Shown here: one piece after another, positions 23,736-55,800 of the stretch
Position numbering within the stretch: the stretch's first letter is position 1
How the letters are laid out: every line of letters begins with the position of its first letter
Assembly (NCBI GenBank): GCA_002269645.1
Contig: NIVC01003840.1
Location: forward strand, 1 to 64,000
From: Macrostomum lignano
Lineage: Eukaryota
Direction: 5' to 3'
DNA: 64,000 nucleotides
Made by a program: the position numbers and the translations under genes
Notes under the pieces: model-generated
Seen by the model: only the letters and a program-made list of their open reading frames with translations
Databases searched by the model: none
Told to the model about the DNA's origin: nothing

Positions 23736-24390
23736 GCGCCAAAGGCCTATTAGTTGATTTATCCATTAAAAATAACTTAGTCAATGAAATGTCTGTTCTT
23801 AGCTATATTAACTGTCGTAAAAGTGAACTCACTTGCATTTTAATTTACAGTTATTGATTGCTATTGTGATTATAATGAGCTTGTTTAATTTTATCAACTG
23901 CGATACATTTTGTACTTTTGTACTCTATAGAAACTCGAAAAAATGCTCTTGTATTTGTAATACTGTATGTAAAAGTTTAATTAATTGTGGCTAATAAAAA
24001 GCATTCAAGTTAAAATCAAATTGCAGCAGAACTTTAGCATATTCATATAAATCTTCGATTGCGAAAGCTGGAGTTGCCATGCAAGCTTGAGTTAGTGGTA
24101 AAGCAAAACAGCTATCTGAGACAAAGCTTGAGTACATTTTATCTTGCTGCAGGAGAGCTGTTATCTACCTGTGCCGTGGTGAGAACACAAGCATTAGGGT
24201 CGATTGCAGAGTCCATATACTTGCCTTCTATGAAGAGAATGGAAAGGTTTTTATTTCATGATTTTATCTTTCCACCTAAAGTTTAACAATCGTACGTCAA
24301 ACTTTGTTTATAATGCAAAACCCAGAAACCATGCACTATTTTAAGTAGCGCTGTAGAAGTTTAAGTATGGCCATTGCCCAATTCTCTATC

Positions 24391-25640
24391 TACGAGGTGT
24401 ATTAAAAAAATTAGTGTCCGTGTCCTTAACTCTGCACTGCTTCAGTTCACCCAGCTGTAAAATGGGTGCCAGCATTAGCTGGGCTAATTGAGGGTGCGTG
24501 TGGCGACCCCACAGTCCATTGACTGAACAGCCGTACGCAGCCTTCAGATGCGCCGCGCAATAGCTGCGGCTGAGCTGTCGGTTGCACATCTGACCCAATT
24601 GGGGCAGGTGTAATCAATTATTATTATTATTATTCAAAAAGTTCTTTTCGGTGCCCTACAAAACTCAACACAAACAACTGGAACTATGAAAACACAGTTA
24701 GATTGTTTAACATGATACTGCCACTCAACATATTCACCACCAATGTCTTCACTTCTGCCAGCGATGTACCAGACCTCTGATTCCGGAACTCACGCCACTC
24801 GCGTCCGTTTGGGCGAACAGCTTGACTGCAAGCAGCGTCGATGTGCTCGACGCTGTCGAATCGAATGCCCCGAAGGTGCCTCTTCACAGATGGAAATAAG
24901 AAGAAGTCACACGGCGACAAATCAGGCGACTAAGGTGGATGTTGGAGCACTTCCTGATTTGGTCAGGAGTTCCACGACGTTGTGCTTGCGATGTGCTGGC
25001 GCATTGTCGTGCAGCAGGATCACGCCAGATTCCAGCAGACCAGGGCGCTTCTTTCGTATTGTTGGGCGCAACTTCTCCAGAATCCACTTGTAGTAGTCCC
25101 CATTGACGGTGGTTCCTTGTGGGACTGCCCAGTTCAGCAGGATTCCTTGGGAATCAAGAAACATGAAGTGCATGATCTTCAGCGCACCCAGGCTTCCTGG
25201 TGGCCTTCTGAGGTCTTGGGAGAATGTGCTGGAAGCCATTCGGCAGACTGGGCCTTTGTCTCAGGATCTCAGCTGTAAACCCACGTCTCGTCTCCAGCAG
25301 CAATTCTCGATGGGAAATCCTCCCCTTCACGATGGAACCGACGCAGGTGGCTGCTTGAAGCCAGAGTTCGCTGCATCTTTTGCTCACCTGTCAGCAGGTG
25401 TGGCGCCCACTTGCAAAACTTTTTCTGCAGGTGATGACAGTACTATTTTCGAACTGTCTGCTCAGCTGGTGCACAGTTGCCAAGCACTTGCTGAAACTCC
25501 CTAAACATATCCGACGGCTTTTTTCCTTGCAGAAACTGAAACGTCATCAAGCTTTGAACGTCTAGTTTTGAAATTGATTCAGCCATGGCCAAAAACTTGA
25601 GTGGTAGCTGACCGAAAGGTTTGCTGCTCGAACATAGTTG
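24391..25640 (-). mobile_element. Decayed mariner (DD34D) transposon; transposase pseudogene at about 25586-24684
   Basis: MAESISKLDVQSLMTFQFLQGKKP; WAPHLL; GDETWVY; LHDNAPAH; (Y)SPDLSPCDFFLF; stops, frameshifts and an internal deletion; TIR-like TACGAGGTGTATT..CAAAAAGTT at 24391 split by a SINE; opposite TIR not found. Confidence 0.9.
24413..24634 (+). mobile_element. 5'-truncated SINE, family B, with (ATT)n tail
   Basis: Closely matches the body of the full copy at 59455-59743 (cttcagttcacccagctgtaaaatggg..gcacatctgacc..caggtgtaatcaatta). Confidence 0.85.
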
Positions 25641-25712
25641 CAAACTGAGGCTTAAAACCCTAGAACGTTTAGGCCATAGACATAACTGGTGAAATCGCTA
25701 AAATTCTGTTTA

Positions 25713-26216
<504 letters not shown>

Positions 26217-27249
26217 GAATCATGCTACTGAACTTGACAGTAGAGAATATTCAGTAATATAACGTTATATATTTTTAATTTTGTCTTTCCAAGCTCCATG
26301 TGTATGTTAGGCGGGTCATGCAGCCCAGGGCAACCGCACAAACAGCCGCTGATTGCTAATTTAATTTGCGGCCATATACGCAATTTGTGGGGGGGGGCGG
26401 CTATCAAAACATGAGCCAAAGAAAATTTCTCTCCCAGTCAGATGGTTTTTCTGACCATCGCTGGGGACCTCACTAATTAATACTGCGTGGGGTATAGGAT
26501 GGCCGCACTTTGCCAATAACAACGTTTGGACATTGCTGCTGGACAAGAAAGTGCATCCTCAGATGCAAGTGCACCGGATGACATTTTAAGCAACGCAGAT
26601 TGATCAGTAACCAATGCTTTTGGATAGCTATAAATATCTATAAATCTATAACTATAAATTTTTAATCAAAAGCGCATTCAAAATAAACTTATTCAGACAC
26701 ATACGTGAAAAGTAGTGGCGTGCAAAACATTCGTTTTAATTTTAAACAATATACACAAAATTTGTTTTACGAGAAGTCCCTCGATACATAATTGAGTGCG
26801 GATTCATATTTAAACAATAGGGGAAATCTTGCATGACGTTGGTGCTATGGTGACTCGAAATTGATTTCACGGCAGTTTTGAACGCAACTACGAGTATGTC
26901 AAATAGCGGAGATGAAAGGGTAAAGTTTTTTATCACTAGTTATACCTATCACAATTATTGTTTGCAGAGCGACGCTTGAGAATACAATGGAGTGGCCATC
27001 GAATAATACTAGAAACATACTAGGACTTTTCCATCACAACTGCCTACTGCATAGCAAAAGCAAGTGGAACGAATCCCATTGGCTGAAGCAGATGAGCCAA
27101 TGAATTACAAACTAACTAAGCTACTGCGAAAGAATTTTATGAGTTGGACGGACTGACAGGATCTTTTTGCTAAGAGGATGCAATAAACGGACTGCAGTCG
27201 ACTGCTAATCAATCTGTAAATCATGACCAATTGATTTTTTGACGCAATA

Positions 27250-45717
<18,468 letters not shown>

Positions 45718-45974
45718 ACTAATCCCATGGACAGCTGAAGTACAAGGACGCTGCACTTGCGAATCAGTTGTAACTCTCGCTTTAGGCAGGTTTTCGTTGC
45801 AAAATGCATTGGCGTGGCAGAAAGTTTTACACTACAGCTAGGAGAGACAGAAACAGCTGATATTTCACCGGAACTTTGCTTGCTTGCCGCGGTCTCCGGT
45901 TGCAGCAGCTCAGGAAAAATACCTTGCTTGCTTCATCTAGAAGGAAGTCTAGAAGGTTAGACGTTTGGAATTTA

Positions 45975-46546
45975 GCTTACTGGGGGAATTGCTGAGATGT
46001 CAAGGCTTACTGGGGGAATTGCTGAGATGTCAAGGCTTACTGGGGGAATTGCTGAGATGTCAAGGCTTACTGGGGGAATTGCTGAGATGTCAAGGCTTAC
46101 TGGGGGAATTGCTGAGATGTCAAGGCTTACTGGGGGAGTTGCTGAGATGTCAAGGCTTACTGGGGGAGTTGCTGAGATGTCAAGGCTTACTGGGGGAATT
46201 GCTGAGATGTCAAGGCTTACTGGGGGAATTGCAGAGATGTCAAGGCTTACTGGGGGAATTGCTGAGATGTCAAGGCTTACTGGGGGAATTGCTGATGTCA
46301 AGGCAATTACTGTGGGTATTGCTGAGATGTCAATTGGCTTACTGGGGGAATTGCTGAGATGTCAAGGCTTATTGGGAGAATTGCTGAGATGTCAAGGCTT
46401 ACTGGGGGAATTGCTATGATGTCAAGGCTTACTGGGGGAATTACTGAGATGTCAAGGCTTACTGGGGGAATTGCTGATGTCAAGGCAATTACTGTGGGTA
46501 TTGCTGAGATGTCAAGGCTTACTGGGGCAGTTGCTGAGATGTCAAA
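45975..46546. repeat. 30-bp minisatellite GCTTACTGGGGGAATTGCTGAGATGTCAAG
   Basis: 10-aa periodicity in ORFs 45965-46419. Confidence 0.97.
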
Positions 46547-47383
46547 CTACTGTTTCGGTAAACTATTTATTTTATTAACTAAATGCGATAGTTGAAAAAT
46601 GATTAATTTTGATATTGCGTTTTTTGTAAATCTGTAGCCATTTTCATTGTTTTTAAATTGGACGGCGCATATCATATCGTCTTAGCATATCCAATGTCTC
46701 CTGTGAAAATGTTCAGATGTTCGTTAAAAAGTATTTTTTTAATGATGAATCGTATAAGAAGTAATTTGCATACTAATAGTAGTCTAACGTTTGAATGGAT
46801 ACATAATTCTAATTTATATAGTGCGTATAATATCGTTAATCTAATCTACAAATCGAAAAATGCAGCGATTCAATTATTCATTGCAAAATAACAAATCGCA
46901 TGCAAATAAATTTAAGTAAACATCTTCTATCCATTTGATGTTGTTTATAACCAGGTGACATACAAAAATGTGTTATTTTTCAAGTACTTGTGCACTTGTC
47001 GTCAAGATTGGAGCTGTTGTTCTTAAATACATCCTCAATGTCGTTGCGTTCGTGACTTTTGTAAAAAAATTAAATTGTAAATTCGTTTTGCGCAAGCGGG
47101 TGATTAATAAAATATGAGAAGGTTGAACTGAGAACCGACCGGCTCGAGTGTACATTCTTTATTAAATGACAACTACTTGAAACAATACGAGTATTATACA
47201 AAAATAAATTCAGATTCACGAGTATATTTGAGCAAAGTGACAACGAATGTACAGCATAGTACTACTGTTATTTGGAGCAAAACAGCTATTTTTAAAGTAA
47301 ATTTGCAAAACTAAATTTACTGTCGAAAGCCTGTCGTTAAAAAGGTTATAAAACACCATTTTTGGGTCATATTTGCGGCGATT

Positions 47384-48550
47384 TTTAGGTCAGATCAGGG
47401 GCGATTCTTAGGTCAGAACAATCACGATTTTTAGGTCAGATTAAGGGCGATTCTCAGGTCAGATCAAGGGCGATTCTCAGGTCAGATTAAAAGCGGATTT
47501 TAGGTCAGATCAAGGGAGATTCTTAGGTCAGATCAGGGAAGATTCTTAGGCCCGATCAGGGGAGATTCTTAGGTCAGATCAGGGAAGATTCTTAGGTCAG
47601 ATCAGGGAAGATTCTTAGGTCAGATCAAGGGAGATTCTTAGGTCAGATCAGGGAAGATTCTTAGGTCAGATCAGGGAAGATTCTTAGGTCAGATCAGGGA
47701 AGATTCTTAGGTCAGATGAAGAGCGATTTTTAGGTCAGATCAAGGGCGATTCTTAGGTCAGATCAGGGAAGATTCTTAGGTCAGATCAGGGAAGATTCTT
47801 AGGTCAGATGAAGAGCGATTCTTAGGTCAGATGAGGAGCGATTTTTAGGTCAGAACAATCACGATTCTTAGGTCAGACCAAGGGCGATTCTCAGGTCAGA
47901 TTAAAAGCGGATTTTAGGTCAGATCAAGGGAGATTCTTAGGTCAGATCAGGGAAGATTCTTAGGTCAGATCAGGGAAGATTCTTAGGTCAGATCAGGGAA
48001 GATTCTTAGGTCAGATCAGGGGAGATTCTTAGGTCAGATCAGGGAAGTTTCTAAGGTCAGATCAAGGGAGATTCTTAGGTCAGATCAGGGAAGATTCTTA
48101 GGTCAGATCAGGGAAGATTCTTAGGTCAGATCAGGGAAGATTCTTAGGTCAGATGAAGAGCGATTCTTAGGTCAGATGAGGAGCGATTTTTAGGTCAGAT
48201 CAAGGGCGATTCTCAGGTCAGATTAAAAGCGGATTTTAGGTCAGATCAAGGGAGATTCTTAGGTCAGATCAGGGAAGATTCTTAGGTCAGATCAGGGAAG
48301 ATTCTTAGGTCAGATCAGGGAAGATTCTTAGGTCAGATCAAGGGAGATTCTTAGGTCAGATCAGGGAAGATTCTTAGGTCAGATCAAGGGAGATTCTTAG
48401 GTCAGATCAGGGAAGATTCTTAGGTCAGATCAGGGAAGATTCTTAGGTCAGATGAAGAGCGATTTTTAGGTCAGATCAAGGGCGATTCTAGGGTCAGATC
48501 AAGGGCGATTCCTAAGTCGGATCAAAAGCGGTTCTTAGGTCAGATCAGGG
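47384..48550. repeat. 23-bp minisatellite TTAGGTCAGATCAGGGAAGATTC
   Basis: Direct reading; variant units recur in blocks. Confidence 0.96.
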
Positions 48551-49126
48551 GCATTCGTTAGAACAGTTCCAAGGCAATTTGAATTGAGTCATGGGTCAGA
48601 TCGGGTTCGAGTCACTGCCATATCCTTGGATAGCGAGGCCGGATAAGCAAACAAACAAATAAAAGCAAACTCGGTTTTACAACTAAAAGAAACGAATGAA
48701 GCGCAGTTGAAAATGCATCAATAGACTCATGTCAAGTTATGGAAGAAGTTTTTAATTAGATTTGAAAGCAAAGCAACGGTTAAATGTAATTCATTCATAG
48801 CACCAAGTTATTTAAAAGTACTGTTAGAAAAAAAAACTTTACAAAAATAAAATTCTGTATTAACTAAGCGTACTAAAAAACACATAAGTTCAGCTTGCGA
48901 CACTACATGTATAAGAATTCATATAGAAAATTTGCATTACTACCAAAGAAACCGGATACACAGGTAAATGGTGAGCTTAACCAAAAGTTTACGCAATTTA
49001 ATTAACACCGGAATATTTGTGATTCGTGATTAAACAAAAAACTGTTTTGTATTAATAGGAAATGCAAAGTTTCAAATTGAATTATTGTTTAATAAGCTTT
49101 CTTGGCTGGGTCTGATCATCACTGTT

Positions 49127-49722
49127 TAGGGACGATTCTCAGGTGAGATCAGGGACGATTCTCAGGTGAGTCCAGGGACGATTCTCAGGTGAGTTCAGGG
49201 ACGATTTTCAGGTGAGTTCAGGGACGATTCTCAGGTGAGATCAGGGACGATTCTCAGGTGAGATCAGGGACGATTCTCAGGTGATTTCAGGGACGATTCT
49301 CAGGTGATTTCAGGGACGATTCTCAGGTGAGATCAGGGACGATTCTCAGGTGAGTTCAGGTACGATTCTCAGGTGAGATCAGGGACGATTCTCAGGTGAG
49401 TTCAGGGACGATTCTCAGGTGAGATCAGGGACGATTCTCAGGTGAGATCAGGGACGATTCTCAGGTGAGATCAGGGACGATTCTCAGGTGAGTTCAGGGA
49501 CGATTCTCAGGTGAGATCAGGGACGATTCTCAGGTGAGTTCAGGGGTGATTCTCAGGTGAGATCAGGGACGATTCTCAGGTGAGTTCAGGGACGATTCTC
49601 AGGTGAGATCAGGGACGATTCTCAGGTGAGTTCAGGGACGATTCTCAGGTGAGTTCAGGGACGATTCTCAGGTGAGTTCAGGGACGATTCTCAGGTGAGT
49701 TCAGGGACGATTCTCAGGTGAG
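49127..49722. repeat. 23-bp minisatellite TCAGGTGAGWTCAGGGACGATTC
   Basis: Direct reading of the sequence. Confidence 0.96.
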
Positions 49723-49809
49723 TTACATGATGTTTATCCAAAAATTCTCAGAGCAGTTCAGGTGCCCATTTTGGTGATAGTCCAGGGAAGATACCTCGAA
49801 TACTTGCAA

Positions 49810-52800
49810 CTAATTTTTCCTGCGGATCCGATAGAACAGCCAGTTAACGGTGACGGACCAGTTGCCGGCTTTGGCTTCGTCAAATTTCTTGTTAAAATGC
49901 CGTTCGGCAGCCTGATCGCTGGCGTTGGACTGCAGACTCTCCTGGTGGAAGACAAACGAGCGATAGGTTTCAGGAGACTTCCAGGACGTTTTTAGGCGAT
50001 TTTAGTGACAATTTTAAGTGAGTTCAGGGACCATTTTTAGGTAAGTTCAGGGACCATTCTTAGATAGAGTTCAGGGACAATTCTTAGATAGAGTTCAGGG
50101 ACCATTCTTAGATAGAGTTCAGGGACCATTCTTAGATAGAGTTCAGGGACAATTCTTAGATAGAGTTCAGGGACCAGTCTTAGATAGAGTTCAGGGACCA
50201 TTCTTAGATAGAGTTCAGGGACCAGTCTTAGATAGGGTTCAGGGACCATTCTTAGATAGAGTTCAGAGACAATTCTTAGATAGAGTTCAGGGACAATTCT
50301 TAGATAGAGTTCAGGGACCAGTCTTAGATAGAGTTCAGGGACCATTCTTAGATAGAGTTCAGGGACCATTCTTAGATAGGGTTCAGGGACCAGTCTTAGA
50401 TAGAGTTCAGGGACCAGTCTTAGATAGAGTTCAGGGACCATTCTTAGATAGGGTTCAGGGACCAGTCTTAGATAGAGTTCAGGGACCATTCTTAGAAAGA
50501 GTTCAGGGACCATTCTTAGATAGAGTTCAGGGACCATACTTAGATAGGGTTCAGGGACCATTCTTAGATAGGGTTCAGGGACCATTCTAGATAGGGTTCA
50601 GGGACCATTCTTAGATAGGGTTCAGGGACCATTCTAGATAGGGTTCAGGGACCATTCTAGATAGGGTTCAGGGACCATTCTTAGATAGGGTTCAGGGACC
50701 ATTCTAGATAGGGTTCAGGGACCATTCTTAGATAGGGTTCAGGGACCATTCTAGATAGGGTTCAGGGACCATTCTTAGATAGGGTTCAGGGACCATTCTT
50801 ACGAGCTAGATAGGGTTCAGGGACCATTCTTAGATAGGGTTCAGGGACCATTCTTAGATAGAGTTCAGGGACCATTCTTAGATAGGGTTCAGGGACCATT
50901 CTAGATAGGGTTCAGGGACCATTCTTAGATAGAGTTCAGGGACCATTCTTAGATAGGGTTCAGGGACCAGTCTTAGATAGAGTTCAGGGACCATTCTTAG
51001 ATAGGGTTCAGGGACCATTCTTAGATAGGGTTCAGGGACCAGTCTTAGATAGGGTTCAGGGACCATTCTTAGGCTTCTTAGGTGAGTTCAGGGACCATTC
51101 ATAGGTGAGTGTATCTTAGGAAGTTTCAAGAGGAAGACAAGAAACTCACAATCAGGTAATCCAAATCCGCCGTATCCTTGAGCTCGTCCAATCCGACTTT
51201 GACCATCAGGGCGAACAAGTTGAGCAGCAGGTCACTTCGCTGTCGAATAGCCATGTAGGCCCTGACGCACAGGTCTCTGAAGTGGGCATCGATATTCACG
51301 CTGCCAGTCAGCCTGCCCAGCTCAGTCAGCGCGTCCAGAAACTCCTGGGCCAGCACGAACGGCACCCGCTCCCGTCTGATGCCCAGCTTTGACTTGAAGT
51401 TGCCAAGAATATGGCCGAAGTCGATGTGGAAGAGGACGCCATTCTTCCTCAGCATAATGTTGCCGCAGTGCCGGTCACCGATGCCCAGAATGTAGGTGGC
51501 CACCGAGTAGCCGGCCAGGGAGGACATGAACCGGTGCAGAGCTGCCACTAGTTCAGCGTCAGTCCGGTTGTACTTTTTCAGGTAGGCGGTCACGCGGGAG
51601 AGGCTGGGCTCGTCTGCACTATTGATGATCTTTGCCACCGTGTCGGCGTCTTGGACAACCTGACGACAGGGGGGCAGATTGTAAGACAATTGCCAGAATT
51701 TGTAGCATCTATAATTAATAATGGCTTTGGAAAATTTTAAAAATATTCTAACATTTTTGGGTATATCTAACCTTAACCTACGCTACTGTTAGTAGTTATT
51801 ATAGCTTGGTCTACGAAATTTGACACGTGCAGCAATTTGATCGTCCACCCGAAAACGAAACCTAGCTTAAATCATAAACTCGTAAGCTAAATCCTAAGCT
51901 AAACCCTAAACCCAAAACCATAATACAAAACCTTACCTAAATCTCAAAACTAACCCTAACAAACTAAACCTAAACCCTACTTAAACCTAAGCCCAAATCT
52001 AAATTCAAACCCAAACCTAACCTAAACTAAAAACTAAACCCAAAACCTAAACTAAACCTTAACCCAAATCTAAACCTAAACCCTATCCAAACCTAAACCC
52101 AAACCTAAACTTTAACCTAAACCATAACCTAAACCCAACTCTAAACCCAAAACCTACACCCGAACTTAAACCGCAACCCTAACCTAAATCATAATAAAGT
52201 AGATTATAGATAACCAAAATGGAAAGATATCGATACCCGGTAACAACCATATCACGCATATTACTCTCACCTCGATGAAGCCTTTCCTATCGCCGCAGGT
52301 GACCACCTCGTACAAGTTGAGGCTGATGTCCAGCCCACTCTGCTCCCAGACAAAAGACATAAGCCGCAGACAGTGCAGAATCAGCATGTCCTGTCGAAGG
52401 TCATCGCCGCACTTGAAGATCAGGCTGGTGATCCCGGAAGCTGTGTCATCACGGCTCCAGGCCAGCAGCAGGGGTCGCATTTTCGAGTCCAGCACCCGGC
52501 AGCGCTCGAGATCGGGCCGGCACAGCAGGATGTCCGGGTGGGCCGGCGACCACACGTTGCTGAGGGCTTCCAGCTGGGCCTCAACTCCGCTGCGCAGCTG
52601 CCGGGTGGCGTCTTCGATTTTCGAACGGCTGGCCTGGTAAGGCGCGGCACGGATAGTACACTGTCGGGCTTGAACTCCTGACACCCTCTGGTGGCATTCC
52701 TGACACCCTCTGGTGGCATTCCTGACACCCTCTGGTGGCATTCCTGACAATCCTCTCTGGTGACATTCCTGACACCCTCTGGTGGCATTCCTGACAATCC

Positions 52801-55800
52801 TCTCTGGTGGCATTCCTGACACCCTCTGGTGGCATTCCTGACACCCTCTGGTGGCATTCCTGACACCCTCTGGTGGCATTCCTGACACCCTCTGGTGGCA
52901 TTCCTGACACCCTCTGGTGGCATTCCTGACACCCTCTGGTGGCATTCCTGACACCCTCTGGTGGCATTCCTGACACCCTCTGGTGGCATTCCTGACACCC
53001 TCTGGTGGCATTCCTGACACCCTCTAGTGGCATTCCTGACATCCCTCTCTGGTGGCATTCCCGATAACCCTCTCTGATGGAATTCCTGACATCCCTGATG
53101 GATCTCTGATAGAATTCCTGACAACCCTCTCTGATGGCATTCCTAACAAACCTCTCTGATGGCATTCCTGACAAGCCTCCAGTAGCATTCCTAACATCCA
53201 GCCCTGCTATATTTGAAGTCATTAAAGAACAGAAATTAATCTAATTAAGTACCTTGGAAGCCAGTCCACTCAGCCGCACAGCCAGTCCAATCTGATTGCC
53301 CAGGTACTCCAACAGGCTTGAAGGAGAGAACAGCAGAAATGCTTCTAGGAAGATTCCCAACCTATGCTGACTGCTGTCGCAAGCGAGCATCTCAGCTTTC
53401 ACCAGATAGTACAGGTGGTGACCGATCTGGCGATTGCTGAACGCTTTGCGGAGTAGGTACCTGATATCAGATGGAGTTTGATGAGGCTTGTTTTTTTGTG
53501 TTCAACAGCATTAAATACTACTGACTGAGAGTAAATGGATTTGATGTAGGGATTAGTTGTAGAGAGTCATTTTAGAGTCGCTGTAGGTAACACAGGTCAA
53601 ATAGGAAAGAAGTGACTCTAGAGACGACTCTAAAACGACAAGATGTCACGGTACAAGTCGCCAGAAAATCGTCAAAGAGTCACATAAGAGTCGATTTGAA
53701 GCGTTTTATTGTCAGCGACTCTGGGACCGTAGGGTCGTTCCTGAGGCATTGCCAAAGTCGCTGCAGAATCACTGAGTTGCGTCAGTTTTTGAATTAGAGA
53801 ATCGCATTTCGAATTTTTATAGCAACTCTATTTAGTCTACTTGAGTTAGAAGTTTAAGAGCTAATACAACGACTCTTGGGGCGACTTTTTTGCGACTCTC
53901 ACGATTCTGCAACTATCGCATTACAGTCGTTTGAGTGGTTAAAAAGTCACAAGAGTGGACCAAGAGTCGCTAGAGTCATAAGCGAGTTATTTCCAATGTC
54001 TTCTTTAGCGATACTGATTAGTAAGGCGGATCTGTGAAATTACTTGGACGTCTAAGTGTCGTAGGCCGCAGGGTGTCATAATGTTAAACTATGCCTGGCA
54101 GCTATCAAACACTGAGGCACTCAAGGCTAAATACAAGAGCTCAGGTCTCACCTGGCCAGCGCACTGTCGGGATAAGCCTCGTACTTCAAGCACTCGACCA
54201 TCTGCATCAGAATCAAGCACAGCATGTCGTCCTCAACAGTCACTTTCTGGTCCACAATTCGAACCCCAATCGAACGGATTCGACTGTCCAAACAGCTGGA
54301 GTTGAGCAGCTGCAGGCCCGCCTCCAGGGCTACCTTGTCCAGTTGCCATTTGTTCAGCAACCTGTACGCTTCATCAACAGCTTCAGCGGAGCGCCAGGGA
54401 ATCGCCTGACAGAATTTCACAATCCTCTCTGGATGACAGGTGGCTACTTGATTGCGACATTTCCAAATCAATTTCAAATCCTGATCGGCCGTTTCCACCG
54501 CGGCAAGGGCGTAAGCCAGAGTGGCATCTTCCACTAAGAAGTCGTTTCTAATTTGCTCCGGAGTTGCCGGTCTTTCGCCAGTCTCATTGGCTGAGACGCC
54601 ATCGAACAGTTCCGTAGTTGTTGTAGCAATAGAAAAATTGTCAGCATCTGTAGTGGCTGCAGTGGTGCAGCTGAAATAGCTGGCAATGCTATCACTAGAT
54701 TGGTGCATTGGTGGTTGCAGAACGGACGACTGGCTCAGGTAGACAGTGTAGGGCATGAATGTTGACCAGTAATGCGTATAGTTGGGCAGCTCAAAGCCCA
54801 GAGTGATGTGAAGCGCAACAGGCGGATTATTAGAGTTGGACTGAGCGCAACCGCTAGGATTGAAAACTCCGCTAGTCTGAAGCAGCTGCTTAGAAGGCGC
54901 CCGTTCCACCGGCCACAGGCCGAAAGAGAATGTGCCCATAGTTAGACGACCGTGACTGTCAAACAAGGGCATGTTGCCCCAGGCTATGGGAGTCTCCGAG
55001 TGCTGTGTTCGTTCAACAACGGCCATTGACAGTCGGGCAGCGCGCGGCAGGTCTCGCCAGGCGATGTCAAACTGTTGATTTCTGCAATCGGCCGCAGCGG
55101 AGCCGGGCTGCAGCGGCAGACAGGCAGTCATGCACATGGAGCAGTCGCTCAGAGTTGGAGCAATGTACAAGTAATAATCCGGCTGGTTGTCTTCATCAAT
55201 GCCAGGCGAAGCTGCGGGATCGCCAGTGCCGGCCGAGGCAGCGGCTGCAGCGACTGCGGCTGAGTCCAACAATAAATTAGAATCGAAATTGAATCTGGAC
55301 AGCGTGACGCTGAACTTCAAGGATGGGCTGATACCCATCATGCTGCAGCTTTGGGCGTTGCGACGCGGAGCAATGTAGCTGCGGAATGGGGGATGGAAAA
55401 TTAGAAAAAAATCAAACCCATGACCTTTCTGAGTCACGTCAGCCGGTCGTTCAAATGCTACTTTTTCAGACATTCCCTCTAGTGACTGTTGGTACATATA
55501 TATATATATAGGTCTGCCACTACAGTATGCTGTGGCTGGCTGTCTTGGTGATTTGGGATCTTGCCCTCCAGCTAAATGCTAGGGTACTGACTGGAAAGAG
55601 AGCATCGTACTCAAGAGCCATCCCCATCGCCCGACTCGCGGGACAAATTACTCAGGGTTAGGATTCTGTGTCCTCGACCAAAATGGCCTTGTGCAATGTG
55701 CAATCAAAACTGACCAACTCTATGAATTCTCAGACTAACCGCTGCAATACTCCGTGTCTCAATTGTTCAAGTACACGAGTTGAGGCGGCGCCAGAAGCGC

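Noticed and set aside
51440-51500. PI3K catalytic loop DRHCGN as a pseudokinase sign
   Set aside because: The catalytic D, R, H and N and the DFG motif are intact; the two middle positions vary across the PI3K/PI4K family
54148-55497. Treating the 449-aa ORF as a stand-alone gene
   Set aside because: It is PI3K exon 4 plus read-through into flanking introns
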